Shown here piece by piece: positions 1 to 9,236 of a stretch of DNA of 64,000 bases. Every line of letters starts with the position of its first letter. Position 1 is the first letter of the stretch. The notes beneath the pieces were generated by a model. It saw only the letters and a list, made by a program, of their open reading frames with translations. It had not been told where the DNA came from and searched no databases. A program made the position numbers and the translations under genes. The stretch comes from a virus: positions 15,625-79,624 of IMG/VR virus record IMGVR_UViG_3300009370_001778. One strand, given 5' to 3'.

Positions 1-1
1 A

Positions 2-562
2 GAATTTGAATTTCCCCATGCAAAGGAACTATCCTATCCTTTTGGTAAAATATGTAGAGTGTCAGGGGGCTATTTAAAGAACTTTCCCAATATCCTTGCC
101 TCATTTAACCATCCAGAATTGCACGAGCTAACAGATAACTATTTTAACAAGCCTCACCACAAGTTATTTCAGGTGTTTTTTAGCCATGAATATTTAACTC
201 CAGATCAGACCGATGGGGTGACAAGGAACTCTGTCTTGCATGTTGACCCATATCACGCCTTTAAGTTTATGATATACCTTACAGATTGTGACGAAAACAA
301 CGGTGCATTTAGGTATATTAAGGGCTCACATATAGACGGACAGAAGGCGAGAGAAGGGCATGCTATCGAAGGCCTAATGGGGGATAAATACAAACTTGAT
401 GAGAATCCAGATCTTTTTAATAAATACTCAGAGGATGACGTTGTATACGCATCTGGAAAATCTGGAGATTTACTAGTTTTTACCACTGATATTATTCATG
501 GTGGTGGTATAATTAAGAAAGAAGGATTAGAGCGAATAGGTATTATTTGCCATAATAGATAA
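2..562 (+). CDS. PhyH-family 2OG-Fe(II) dioxygenase (5' end outside window)
   Basis: HxD (LHVD), LTDCDENNGAFRYIKGSH, distal H (IIHGG) and terminal R; the frame is open back to the window edge. Confidence 0.75.
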   Translation, partial: EFEFPHAKELSYPFGKICRVSGGYLKNFPNILASFNHPELHELTDNYFNKPHHKLFQVFFSHEYLTPDQTDGVTRNSVLHVDPYHAFKFMIYLTDCDENNGAFRYIKGSHIDGQKAREGHAIEGLMGDKYKLDENPDLFNKYSEDDVVYASGKSGDLLVFTTDIIHGGGIIKKEGLERIGIICHNR

Positions 563-564
563 CA

Positions 565-1506
565 ATGATAAATTTATTCAACATAAATGATTACACAATA
601 GACACAGCGAGATTTTCAAATCTCCTGCACGACAATATCGTTACGGATTTTGAAAAATCTTTTGCAGAATATGTAGGTGCAAAATATGCCTGCTCCGCAA
701 ACAGCGCGTCTAGCCTGATCTACCTAGCTACCAAAAGCTGCGATGATATACTTTCAATACCCAGCTGTATACCTCCGGTTGTTCCCAACGCCCTTGAAAT
801 GGCGGGGGCTAGATATATATTTCAGGATGACGTTGATTGGGTAGGAAGCGCATATACCCTTATTGATAACCATGAGCGTACAATAGTTGACTCTGCTCAA
901 GAAGTTACGAGAGATCAGTTTAAGAATTTACAAAATCCAAATGCAGAGATGATCTTTAGCTTCTATCCCACTAAACCAGTAGGCGGGTGCGACGGAGGAA
1001 TGATCGTCTCTGACAACAAAGCTACCATAGATAAATATAAAGAACAAACCCTCAATGGAATGAGCTACTCGGAAAATAGCTGGGAAAGGAAATACAGCTC
1101 TGTTGGTTACAAGATGCACTGGAACTCTATATCTGCCTACATTGCAAATGAAAACTTAAAAAAGCTGGATGAAAAATACAAAAAACTTGACAGAATAAGA
1201 GAGATATATAATAAAGAGCTACACTGTAAAAATAAAAGCAGACATCTTTATAGAATAAGAGTAGAAAATAACAACGAGTTTATAAAAAGAGCTAAAGAGC
1301 TTGATATGGCGTGTGGTATACATTATAAACAGTGCCATAAAAAGCCATTTTATAAAAATATGGATATCTACATGCCATACTGTAGAAGCTACACAAAGTC
1401 TATGAAAGAGTCCAGAACAACAGTTAGCATACCATTTCATGAAAAGCTATCAGAAAATGAAATTGATAGGGTAATTAATAATGTCAAAAGACTGGCCAAT
1501 ATTTAA
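565..1506 (+). CDS. DegT/DnrJ/FdtB-family PLP-dependent NDP-sugar aminotransferase
   Basis: FAEYVGAKYA, IVDSAQ, FSFYPTKPVGGCDGG (PLP lysine), GIHY, SIPFH. Confidence 0.9.
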   Translation: MINLFNINDYTIDTARFSNLLHDNIVTDFEKSFAEYVGAKYACSANSASSLIYLATKSCDDILSIPSCIPPVVPNALEMAGARYIFQDDVDWVGSAYTLIDNHERTIVDSAQEVTRDQFKNLQNPNAEMIFSFYPTKPVGGCDGGMIVSDNKATIDKYKEQTLNGMSYSENSWERKYSSVGYKMHWNSISAYIANENLKKLDEKYKKLDRIREIYNKELHCKNKSRHLYRIRVENNNEFIKRAKELDMACGIHYKQCHKKPFYKNMDIYMPYCRSYTKSMKESRTTVSIPFHEKLSENEIDRVINNVKRLANI

Positions 1507-1864
1507 AGATGATGATGGAACGCTTGTTCCTATAGAGTTTTCAAAACTACCTTTTAAGCCCCGCAGGATATTTTATGTATGTGATGTGCCAAAGGGTGAA
1601 GAAAGAGGTATGCACGCCCATTATGAGACACAACAGATTTTGACATGCATAAAGGGAAAGATACTAGTTAAGCTGCACAATGGAATCTCTATGTCTGAAA
1701 CCGTCCTAGAGGAGAACGACACGGTCTTTATAGATAAAATGACATGGGACTCCCAAGTGTTTTTGACAGGGAATGATGTGTTATTATCTATATGTTCTAC
1801 TGAATATAATTTAGATGATTATATTGATGATTTTGATTTCTTTTTAAAATTAAATAAGGAATAG
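1481..1864 (+). CDS. FdtA/QdtA-like dTDP-4-keto-6-deoxyhexose 3,4-ketoisomerase (cupin)
   Basis: PFKPRRIFYV, RGMHAH, YxxDDYIxD motifs; sits next to the aminotransferase and rmlA. Confidence 0.88.
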   Translation: MSKDWPIFKDDDGTLVPIEFSKLPFKPRRIFYVCDVPKGEERGMHAHYETQQILTCIKGKILVKLHNGISMSETVLEENDTVFIDKMTWDSQVFLTGNDVLLSICSTEYNLDDYIDDFDFFLKLNKE

Positions 1865-1866
1865 TT

Positions 1867-2568
1867 ATGAAGGGGATAATCTTAGCAGGAGGAACTGGTA
1901 GCAGGCTCTACCCTCTAACTAAAGCCACCAATAAACATCTGCTTCCCATTGGTTCTTTTCCAATGATCCACTACCCCATAACCAGCCTAACAAATGCTGG
2001 AGTAAGGGACATTATGGTAATTACTGGAACTGAACACATGGGCGATATGATTACTTTCTTAGGTAGCGGAAGAGAATACGATTGCGAGTTCACCTTTAAA
2101 GTACAGGATCAGCCAGATGGAATCGCAGGAGCACTGAAGCTGTGTGAAAATTTTGTAGGGCACGACAGTTGTGTAACGATACTCGGAGACAATATATTTA
2201 AGCATGACCTATCAGAAGACTTAAAACAATTCAAAAATGGGTGTAAATTATTCTTCATCAAAGTTGACGACCCAGAAAGATATGGGGTTGGAGTCTTCGA
2301 TGGAGAAAAGCTGATTGCTGTAGAAGAGAAACCTAAAAAACCAAAAAGCAACTTAGCCTGTGTCGGAATATATGTCTATGACAATTCTGTCTTTAAGGTT
2401 ATAAACAATACAAAGAAATCCTTAAGGGGTGAGTACGAAATATCATCAGTTAATAATGCATATATAGACAAGGGGGACGCATCCTTTTCCGTTTTAGATG
2501 GAGGATGGGTTGACGCTGGGACTATGGATGCTTACCATAAAACCAATAGGGTTATATATGATGAATAA
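1867..2568 (+). CDS. rmlA: Glucose-1-phosphate thymidylyltransferase (short form)
   Basis: GIILAGGTGSRLYPLT, KHLLP, LGDN, EEKP, RGEYEI, WVDAGT. Confidence 0.93.
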   Translation: MKGIILAGGTGSRLYPLTKATNKHLLPIGSFPMIHYPITSLTNAGVRDIMVITGTEHMGDMITFLGSGREYDCEFTFKVQDQPDGIAGALKLCENFVGHDSCVTILGDNIFKHDLSEDLKQFKNGCKLFFIKVDDPERYGVGVFDGEKLIAVEEKPKKPKSNLACVGIYVYDNSVFKVINNTKKSLRGEYEISSVNNAYIDKGDASFSVLDGGWVDAGTMDAYHKTNRVIYDE

Positions 2569-3472
2569 TTTTTTAATCACTGGGTGTGCTGGCTTTATAG
2601 GAAGCCATGCCTGCGATGTCTTTTTAGAAAACAGTCACAATGTTATTGGGCTGGACAAGCTAACATATGCTGGAAAGGCCCAAAACATACCCTCTCACAT
2701 GAAGAGCTATACCGAAGATATATGCAGCACTGAAGCATTGACCGAGATATGTGAACGGCATGACATAGAGTGTATTATTAATTTTGCTGCAGAATCCCAT
2801 GTTGATAATTCAATAAAAGGATATGATTCTTTCATACAGTCTAACATACAGGGGGTTAAAAGTATCCTTGACGTGTGCAAAGAAAAGGATATCTTGTTAG
2901 TGCAAATATCCACCGATGAAGTCTATGGGCCAATTAAGGAAGGTTCTTTTCACGAAGGTTCTCCCATAAGACCAATGAATTACTACTCGGCAACTAAAGC
3001 AGCTGCTGAGCATTTGGTTTTTGCATACCATAATACTTTTAAGATCCCTTACAAGATGGTTAGAATGAGTAATAATTATGGCCCTCGACAGCACGATGAA
3101 AAATTTCTGCCCACAATATTAAGATCTATAGAGAACGGTAACAAGATACCTCTTTATGGAACTGGTGATAATGTAAGAGACTGGATTTATGTAGAAGACT
3201 CCGCAAGGGCAATATATAATATAGTTAATGGTGCTCCGCTGAATGAAACTTATAACATAAGTTTTAAGGATGAAAAAACAAATAAAGAGGTAATAAAAGT
3301 TGTCTTAGACAGAATAGATTTAAAATGGGATGACTATGTTATGCATGTGCCCGACAGACTAGGGCATGACTTTAGGTATAGTATAACAAATGATAAGATG
3401 TTAGAATATATTGACTTTGAACAGACTCCTTTTAGCACAGGACTTGAAAAAACAATTAAGGAAACCCTATGA
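2558..3472 (+). CDS. rmlB: dTDP-glucose 4,6-dehydratase
   Basis: TGCAGFIG, DKLTYAG, AAESHVDNS, STDEVYG, YSATK, NNYGP, DRLGHD; start moved to the ATG overlapping the rmlA end. Confidence 0.93.
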   Translation: MMNNFLITGCAGFIGSHACDVFLENSHNVIGLDKLTYAGKAQNIPSHMKSYTEDICSTEALTEICERHDIECIINFAAESHVDNSIKGYDSFIQSNIQGVKSILDVCKEKDILLVQISTDEVYGPIKEGSFHEGSPIRPMNYYSATKAAAEHLVFAYHNTFKIPYKMVRMSNNYGPRQHDEKFLPTILRSIENGNKIPLYGTGDNVRDWIYVEDSARAIYNIVNGAPLNETYNISFKDEKTNKEVIKVVLDRIDLKWDDYVMHVPDRLGHDFRYSITNDKMLEYIDFEQTPFSTGLEKTIKETL

Positions 3473-4380
3473 AAGTTTTGTTAACAGGAGCTACAGGCTT
3501 CTTAGGAAAGAATTTAAAAAAGAGGCTATCGCTATCACATGAACTAGTGGGGGTTGGGTCTGAATGGGACTTGAGAAGACAAGAGACATGTGAAAGACTA
3601 ATATCTAAATGTGAACCGGATGCGGTTATACATGCTGCAGGTAGTGTGGGTGGAATAGGAGCAAATCAAGACAATCCCGGAAAGTTTATATACGAAAACC
3701 TCATCATGGGTACAAATGTTATTCACGAATCCATGAGACAAGATATTAAAAAATTTATACTCTTGGGAACGGTGTGTGCATACCCTAAGCATACAGAAGT
3801 GCCCTTTAAAGAAGAGAACATCTGGAATGGTTATCCAGAAGAGACAAATGCTCCATACGGGATTGCCAAAAAAGCACTTATGCAAATGGTGCAATCATAC
3901 CATGAACAGTACGGTCTTAACGGTATCAACCTGATTCCTGTTAACATGTACGGGCCTCACGATCATTTTAACCTAACCAGCAGTCACGTAATACCCGCTT
4001 TAATACTAAAAATTCATAACGCAGTCATCAATAAACAGAATGAGATTGTTATATGGGGCACTGGTAATGCGTCTAGAGAGTTTCTATTCGCTGAAGATTG
4101 TGCAGAGGCTATTTCCCTAGCTCTAGAAAAAAATATTCCTCCCACTCCTATAAACATAGGGACTGGTTCTGAAATAAAAATCATAGATCTTGTTAAAACT
4201 ATAGCTGATATAATTGGCTTTCAGGGTATAATAAGGTGTGATGAAAGCAAGCCTGACGGACAGCCGAGGAGATGTTTGGATACTTCTAAAGCAAAAGAGT
4301 TGCTAGATTTTGAGGCTAGCACAGACTTACGAACTGGTCTTGCGAAAACAATAGATTGGTTTTTAAAAAATAGGGGGTGA
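3469..4380 (+). CDS. fcl: GDP-L-fucose synthase / NDP-4-keto-6-deoxyhexose epimerase-reductase
   Basis: HAAGSVGGIGAN, CAYPK, YGIAK, SHVIPALI, WGTGNASREF, KPDGQPRR. Confidence 0.92.
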   Translation: MKVLLTGATGFLGKNLKKRLSLSHELVGVGSEWDLRRQETCERLISKCEPDAVIHAAGSVGGIGANQDNPGKFIYENLIMGTNVIHESMRQDIKKFILLGTVCAYPKHTEVPFKEENIWNGYPEETNAPYGIAKKALMQMVQSYHEQYGLNGINLIPVNMYGPHDHFNLTSSHVIPALILKIHNAVINKQNEIVIWGTGNASREFLFAEDCAEAISLALEKNIPPTPINIGTGSEIKIIDLVKTIADIIGFQGIIRCDESKPDGQPRRCLDTSKAKELLDFEASTDLRTGLAKTIDWFLKNRG

Positions 4381-4713
4381 CACAGGCATCGACTGATGGT
4401 GAAAATATTAGTTGCATTGACTGGTTGATCGGATGGCCAGTATAAAAGCCGATTACAATTTTAATTGCTGAACCTAGTTTCGCAATCGCAGCCTAGCTGC
4501 TGAGGCTTACCGCGCCTTATCACCCAAGCGGTAACGGGCTAAGTCGTGCTTAGATAGAGGGTTCACTACTTGAGTTAAAAGTGAAATGATGGTATGTCCA
4601 TTTGACTCCGATAAGTCGGATAACTTTGTTCGCTGTGTGAATACAACGTACTAACAATGTAGATGCTACTATGGAAGCTAGACAGGACGCGGGTTCGATT
4701 CCCGCCGCCTCCA
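4373..4713 (+). ncRNA. ssrA: tmRNA (SsrA), tag peptide AEPSFAIAA; CCA not encoded
   Basis: 5' GGGGGTG pairs with 3' CGCCTCC with a G3-U wobble and discriminator A; T-arm GCGGG-TTCGATT-CCCGC at 4689-4705; tag ORF GCT..GCC TAG at 4467-4496. Confidence 0.93.
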
Positions 4714-4727
4714 CTTAAGGGTATAAT

Positions 4728-4964
4728 ATGAAAGAGTACAGAGTTATATATAGTGTTGATGGGATTGAGCATTTCAGGAACATAGATACCGCCTCATCGC
4801 CAAGCGAGGCTGGCAAAATGACAGAACTTGCAGCAAGGTGGAAAGATTTACATTCTGAAGTAAAAATAATCTCAGTAGAAATCGTAGATAAAGACTATAA
4901 AAATAGGGTTAATACGATAAAAAATAAGTCGCAACTTTTCCAGTATGGTGATCTAGAGCATTAA
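4728..4964 (+). CDS. Hypothetical phage protein
   Basis: ORF on the coding strand that fills the gap. Confidence 0.6.
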   Translation: MKEYRVIYSVDGIEHFRNIDTASSPSEAGKMTELAARWKDLHSEVKIISVEIVDKDYKNRVNTIKNKSQLFQYGDLEH

Positions 4965-5009
4965 ATACTGGTGTATGTGATTATATAACAAAAACATAAG
5001 GAGGGCGCT

Positions 5010-5291
5010 ATGCCTTTAAAAAAATGCTCTGAAAATGAGAAAAGCGGTTGGAAGTGGGGAGACTCTGGGAAGTGTTACACTGGCAGGGAAGCTAAGAAAA
5101 AAGCTATAAAGCAAGGTATAGTTATAGAGGGGCCAAAAAAGTTTCAACAGATGGCCTCATGCTTTGAAGAGCCATTATCTAAAAAAGATATGGAGTCTGT
5201 AGCCGAAGCCCTCATTGATGAAGGTTATAGAAATGTAACCATAGTTGCAACACTAGCACTGTTGAGAAATCTAAATGATAAAGAAAATTAA
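5010..5291 (+). CDS. Hypothetical phage protein (GWKWGDSGKCY motif)
   Basis: GGAGG SD upstream; compact Cys/Trp N-terminal motif. Confidence 0.75.
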   Translation: MPLKKCSENEKSGWKWGDSGKCYTGREAKKKAIKQGIVIEGPKKFQQMASCFEEPLSKKDMESVAEALIDEGYRNVTIVATLALLRNLNDKEN

Positions 5292-5442
5292 ATTGGCTGA
5301 AGATCTGATAGCAGCTATAACAAATTTGAATCCGGCGGTGGCGACACTACTGAACCACACAGGAAGCTATGAAGAGACTGTTGATGAGGTCGTAGACGTT
5401 CTTGATCAATACTTCCAACTAGAAGAATTAGATAAGAAATAA
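5275..5442 (+). CDS. Small hypothetical protein (55 aa, MIKKIKLAEDLI...), not in the ORF track
   Basis: ATG overlaps the previous gene; followed by a T-rich tract. Confidence 0.55.
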   Translation: MIKKIKLAEDLIAAITNLNPAVATLLNHTGSYEETVDEVVDVLDQYFQLEELDKK

Positions 5443-5612
5443 ATACCATCAGCTTTCTTTTTTTTGGTTTTTTCTATTTTATAATGGCCCTCTCGCCATT
5501 TTTCGACTATAATATCTTAGGAGACAAATATGTTATATATATTTATGTCCCGTGAGGAACCTGATGTGTTTGTCACTAATTTTATGTAGTTTTTTATTAG
5601 GAGTCTTAGGAT

Positions 5613-5849
5613 ATGAAAACTAAGGAAACAACAGACTGGGGGTTTTTACTCTCAACAGCTCGTAACCGAAAGGTTATGAAACAATTCGCTACAGGCAGCA
5701 TCTCAGCTTCTGCAGCAACACAAGTTTTTGCTCACAGCGACTACGCTGGGGAATTTCGAAAACTTCTCCGTGCTAACGGAACCCTTTACGCTAGACGACT
5801 TACACGCAAAGCATTGCGTTATCGTGGAATTATGAAAACAGCTAGCTAA
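5613..5849 (+). CDS. Small basic hypothetical protein
   Basis: AGGAG upstream; Arg/Lys-rich, possibly nucleic-acid binding. Confidence 0.7.
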   Translation: MKTKETTDWGFLLSTARNRKVMKQFATGSISASAATQVFAHSDYAGEFRKLLRANGTLYARRLTRKALRYRGIMKTAS

Positions 5850-5878
5850 TTCTATTTCTTAAGAAAGAAGGTAAACAA

Positions 5879-6286
5879 ATGAGTGATATTAACAAAGTTA
5901 TTATTACAGGTAGAGTAACAAGAGACAGCGAACTTCGCACGACCCCAAATGGAACGTCCGTAACAGACGTTAGTGTTGTTTCAAATCGAATTTGGAACAA
6001 GGCTGGAGATCGTCAGGAAGAGCCCACCTTTGTAGATGTAACCCTCTGGGGGAAACAGGCAGAATCTCTGTCTCAGTATCTCACAAAGGGCCGACACGTA
6101 ATGGTCGAAGCTCGCCTGAAGCTGAACTCTTGGGAAACAGATGAAGGCGTTAAACGTAACAAGCTAACTCTTGTTGCAGAAAATGTCAACTTGACTCCAA
6201 GCAACACTAATCCGAATGGTAACAACCAGCAACAAGCTCCAGCCGCTAGTGCTAGTTCAGAATCGGTAGAGGATACCCCTTTCTAG
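5879..6286 (+). CDS. ssb: Single-stranded DNA-binding protein
   Basis: NKVIITGR..ELRTTPNG, WGKQAE...YLTKG, acidic C-terminal tail ending DTPF. Confidence 0.95.
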   Translation: MSDINKVIITGRVTRDSELRTTPNGTSVTDVSVVSNRIWNKAGDRQEEPTFVDVTLWGKQAESLSQYLTKGRHVMVEARLKLNSWETDEGVKRNKLTLVAENVNLTPSNTNPNGNNQQQAPAASASSESVEDTPF

Positions 6287-6432
6287 GGTTTCTATTGTCG
6301 CCCATACAGTAAGTTAGCTGTTCTTAACTGTAGACAATGGCTACAACAAAACAGCCGAGCTTCATCTCTGCTCGAAAATGTAGGTTTATGACCCGTTCCT
6401 AACCTTAAAGAGTTGCTATCACAAAACGGGTC
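6286..6432 (+). ncRNA. Tandem pair (A1 6286-6355, A2 6356-6432) of an unrecognised double-pseudoknot RNA unit
   Basis: A1 helices: gggt/gccc, ctattgtc/gacaatgg, taag/ctta, gctgtt/aacagc. A2 helices: cgagc/gctcg, catctct/agagttg (1 mismatch), tagg/ccta, gacccgtt/aacgggtc. Same topology at 27768 and 29151. Confidence 0.8.
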
Positions 6433-6512
6433 TTTTTTATTCTAGGAAAAACAAATGGACATAATGGACATTCTCTTTTGGTTCGTTGTGATTGAGGAAG
6501 AAGACAGGTACT

Positions 6513-7601
6513 ATGAAGAACCTTAACTTGATGGCCCCTATTAACTCTCTAGGATATGGAGTAGCTTCTAAAAATATTTTAAGAGGTTTGTCAGAAAAGA
6601 CAAATCTTTCTTTATTTCCTATCGGGGGACCTCAAATAGAGAGCGAGCGAGAAAAGACCCTTGTAGAAGAGTGTATGTCAAGAAGCAGAATGTTTGATGT
6701 GACAGCGCCGTGTATCAAAATCTGGCATGAGTTCGACCTTGGAACCAGAGTCGGCAAAGGAGATATGATAGCCTTTCCATTTTTTGAATTGAATAAGTTT
6801 AACGAACTAAAGAAACATCATCTATCATCCTGTGATAAGATTTACACTCCCTCTAAATGGGCGAAAGAAGTAATAGAAAACGAAGTACCCAATTCAAGTG
6901 TAAAGGTGATTCCACTAGGTGTTGACACGAGTATCTTTTTTCCCACTTTAGCATCTGATAAGAGAAAGCAGCAACAAGAAGACCATAAGAAATTCGTTGT
7001 ATTTAATTGTGGTAAATGGGAAATAAGAAAAGGACATGACGCCATCTTAGATATTTTTAGAGAAGCGTTTCCCGACGAACAAGACGTAGAACTATGGATG
7101 ATGTGTTCTAACCCTGTGGCGAATCAAGAAGTAAACACACAGTGGTCTAACTTTTATAAGCAAGATCAAAGAGTACGGGTATTAGATAGGGTGCAAAGCC
7201 AGCAAGAACTTTCAAATGTAATAAACAATGTTGACTGTGGTCTCTTTCCAAGTAGGGCTGAAGGTTGGAACTTTGAGCTCCTTGAGCTTATGGCCTGCGG
7301 GAAGCAGGTTGTTGCTACTGAATATTCAGCACACACTGAGTATTGTAATAGCAAAAATAGCATCACAGTAAAGCCTAAAAAGATGGAGAAGGCATTTGAT
7401 GGACTTTATTTTAAAGAGGATGAGGTTGGAGACTGGGCCTCTCTAGATGGAATCAAGATTTCATTTTCTAACGCGATACGTTCTGTTTACGAAGACTGGA
7501 AAACAGGAAAGAGCATTGACAACGCGGCAGGCGTAGAGACAGCATTTAAGTTTGACTGGGAAAACACTAGAGATAAAATTTTAGAGGATTTAAATGACTA
7601 A
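6513..7601 (+). CDS. GT-B (family 4) glycosyltransferase
   Basis: VIPLGVD, GKWEIRKG, PSRAEGWNFELLELMACG (EX7E). Confidence 0.9.
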   Translation: MKNLNLMAPINSLGYGVASKNILRGLSEKTNLSLFPIGGPQIESEREKTLVEECMSRSRMFDVTAPCIKIWHEFDLGTRVGKGDMIAFPFFELNKFNELKKHHLSSCDKIYTPSKWAKEVIENEVPNSSVKVIPLGVDTSIFFPTLASDKRKQQQEDHKKFVVFNCGKWEIRKGHDAILDIFREAFPDEQDVELWMMCSNPVANQEVNTQWSNFYKQDQRVRVLDRVQSQQELSNVINNVDCGLFPSRAEGWNFELLELMACGKQVVATEYSAHTEYCNSKNSITVKPKKMEKAFDGLYFKEDEVGDWASLDGIKISFSNAIRSVYEDWKTGKSIDNAAGVETAFKFDWENTRDKILEDLND

Positions 7602-7627
7602 TGAGAAGGTCTTGGGAGCACATCTAG

Positions 7628-8167
7628 ATGAAACTAGCAGGCATGAGAACTTACCTAGCGGGAGCAATGGATAGAGTTCCCGACGGAGGGGTTGGTTGGA
7701 GAAATAGAATAACCCCCATCCTCAAAACAATGGGTGTTACCGTCCTGAACCCTTGTGATAAACCAGTAGATATTGCACTAGAAGATAAGGGTACTCGAAC
7801 TGATATAAATCTTTTAAAAAAAAGAAAACAGTTTGGCAGGATCAAAAAAGACTATGGAGTTATACGTACTTTAGATTTAAGATGTGTTGACATATCTGAC
7901 TTCATTATAGCGTCCATAGATATAGATGTTCATGCTTGCGGAACTTATGAAGAGATATCTGTAGCTAATAGTCAAAAAAAACCCGTGCTCATATGGTGTC
8001 AACAAGGCAAAGAACAGGCTCCAAACTGGCTATTCTTTATGCTACCTCACCAGCATATATTTGGATCTTTGGACGAACTGCTTAGATATCTTATAGATGT
8101 CGGCACTGGAAAAGATATAAAACACTACAAAAGATGGTTTTTCTTTGATCAAAAGAGAATGTCATAA
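7628..8167 (+). CDS. Nucleoside 2-deoxyribosyltransferase / dNMP N-hydrolase-like protein
   Basis: YLAGAM, W-R, VLNP, DLxxVDxSD, GTYEE, KKPV. Confidence 0.75.
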   Translation: MKLAGMRTYLAGAMDRVPDGGVGWRNRITPILKTMGVTVLNPCDKPVDIALEDKGTRTDINLLKKRKQFGRIKKDYGVIRTLDLRCVDISDFIIASIDIDVHACGTYEEISVANSQKKPVLIWCQQGKEQAPNWLFFMLPHQHIFGSLDELLRYLIDVGTGKDIKHYKRWFFFDQKRMS

Positions 8168-8328
8168 TGTATGCAATATGCGCTATAACAATAACTTCTA
8201 TATGTTACGCTATAGCCTCTATATCCTGTATAAAAGACAAGGACTATCCACATTCTTTAATGTGGTTTGCCTACGCACTAGCTAATATAGGTCTCCTCTG
8301 GTACGAGATACAAAAACAAAAGTCATAA
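8167..8328 (+). CDS. Small membrane protein (53 aa, 2 predicted TM), not in the ORF track
   Basis: TAATG coupling; MYAICAITITSICYAIASI...LMWFAYALANIGLLWY. Confidence 0.6.
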   Translation: MYAICAITITSICYAIASISCIKDKDYPHSLMWFAYALANIGLLWYEIQKQKS

Positions 8329-8352
8329 CTCCACTTTTTTGCCGTAATTTAT

Positions 8353-8362
8353 GGGGTATAAT
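8353..8362 (+). promoter_or_regulatory. Representative -10 promoter box GGGGTATAAT; similar boxes at 4719, 9883, 10961, 11460, 14141, 16676, 24907, 37595
   Basis: Recurrent (G/T)G-TATAAT-like motif at or near gene boundaries, no TTGACA. Confidence 0.5.
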
Positions 8363-8367
8363 ATAGT

Positions 8368-8778
8368 ATGAGAATGCTTAAGAGTATACTGTCGAAAATT
8401 TTTTATAGAAAAAATAAAGAAGAACCCAAGAATGAAGAAGAGGATGAACACCTTATTCCAGAAAACAGAATAGGGTCGAGCATAACAATCACCCTTGATC
8501 CAGAGTCAGCAGACTTCAATGTTATAGTAGATATAAATGACACCTCAGACTCGTGTGCTTTTACTCTTGGGAGTCTTCTGGGAATGTTAAATAATGGGCA
8601 AATGTCGCCATATTTTACACAAGCCTATCATAGCTGGTGTGATGGAGATTATCAAAAGGAGTTGTTTATAAGCAAGGTTCTTCTAAACTGGTTAGAGTCT
8701 AGAAACTCCTTTTCTTCAGAGTATGAAAACGTAGCAGTTAAGCCATCTCAAGTTTTTAATTTTCCACTGAAAGAATGA
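8368..8778 (+). CDS. Hypothetical protein
   Basis: ORF; GGGGTATAAT ends 5 nt before the ATG (possibly leaderless). Confidence 0.7.
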   Translation: MRMLKSILSKIFYRKNKEEPKNEEEDEHLIPENRIGSSITITLDPESADFNVIVDINDTSDSCAFTLGSLLGMLNNGQMSPYFTQAYHSWCDGDYQKELFISKVLLNWLESRNSFSSEYENVAVKPSQVFNFPLKE

Positions 8779-9227
8779 GAAAGGTAGAGTCCATGAACGA
8801 AAACTTTGAATATCCAAAAGATTTTGATGTTTACTGGGAGAAATGGATAGACGCTTATGAACAGGAACTTGAGGAAGAACAGCAGCTGTTTGAACAGTTA
8901 ACAGAAGAAGAACTATCTGAGCTAGACATTAGCTTTGAAGATCTACCCAAACAATATGACAAAGTAGCTCACGTAAGAAGCGTTATGACGCCTTTCGGCA
9001 TTATACCCCTAACAGAACAGTCATTAGCCAGCAGTCACTTTAAACTTTGGGTAGGACACAGCAACTTTAAAATACTCGAATCTCATGTCAAGGTCATAGG
9101 GGCCGTTTCTGGGGTCGAAAGCATAGATGTCCTAACTCCTTACAGGTTCAGAATATCTGTTGCAAAACTGTTTATAGATAGAGATGTAATGTCAGAGGTT
9201 AGAGAGGCTCTTCTTGGCACTCTATAA
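8775..9227 (+). CDS. Hypothetical acidic protein
   Basis: ATGA overlap with the previous gene. Confidence 0.7.
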   Translation: MRKVESMNENFEYPKDFDVYWEKWIDAYEQELEEEQQLFEQLTEEELSELDISFEDLPKQYDKVAHVRSVMTPFGIIPLTEQSLASSHFKLWVGHSNFKILESHVKVIGAVSGVESIDVLTPYRFRISVAKLFIDRDVMSEVREALLGTL

Positions 9228-9236
9228 TGAAAAAAA

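Noticed and set aside
4685-4713. Stand-alone tRNA
   Set aside because: The T-arm and acceptor strand belong to the tmRNA; there is no anticodon arm
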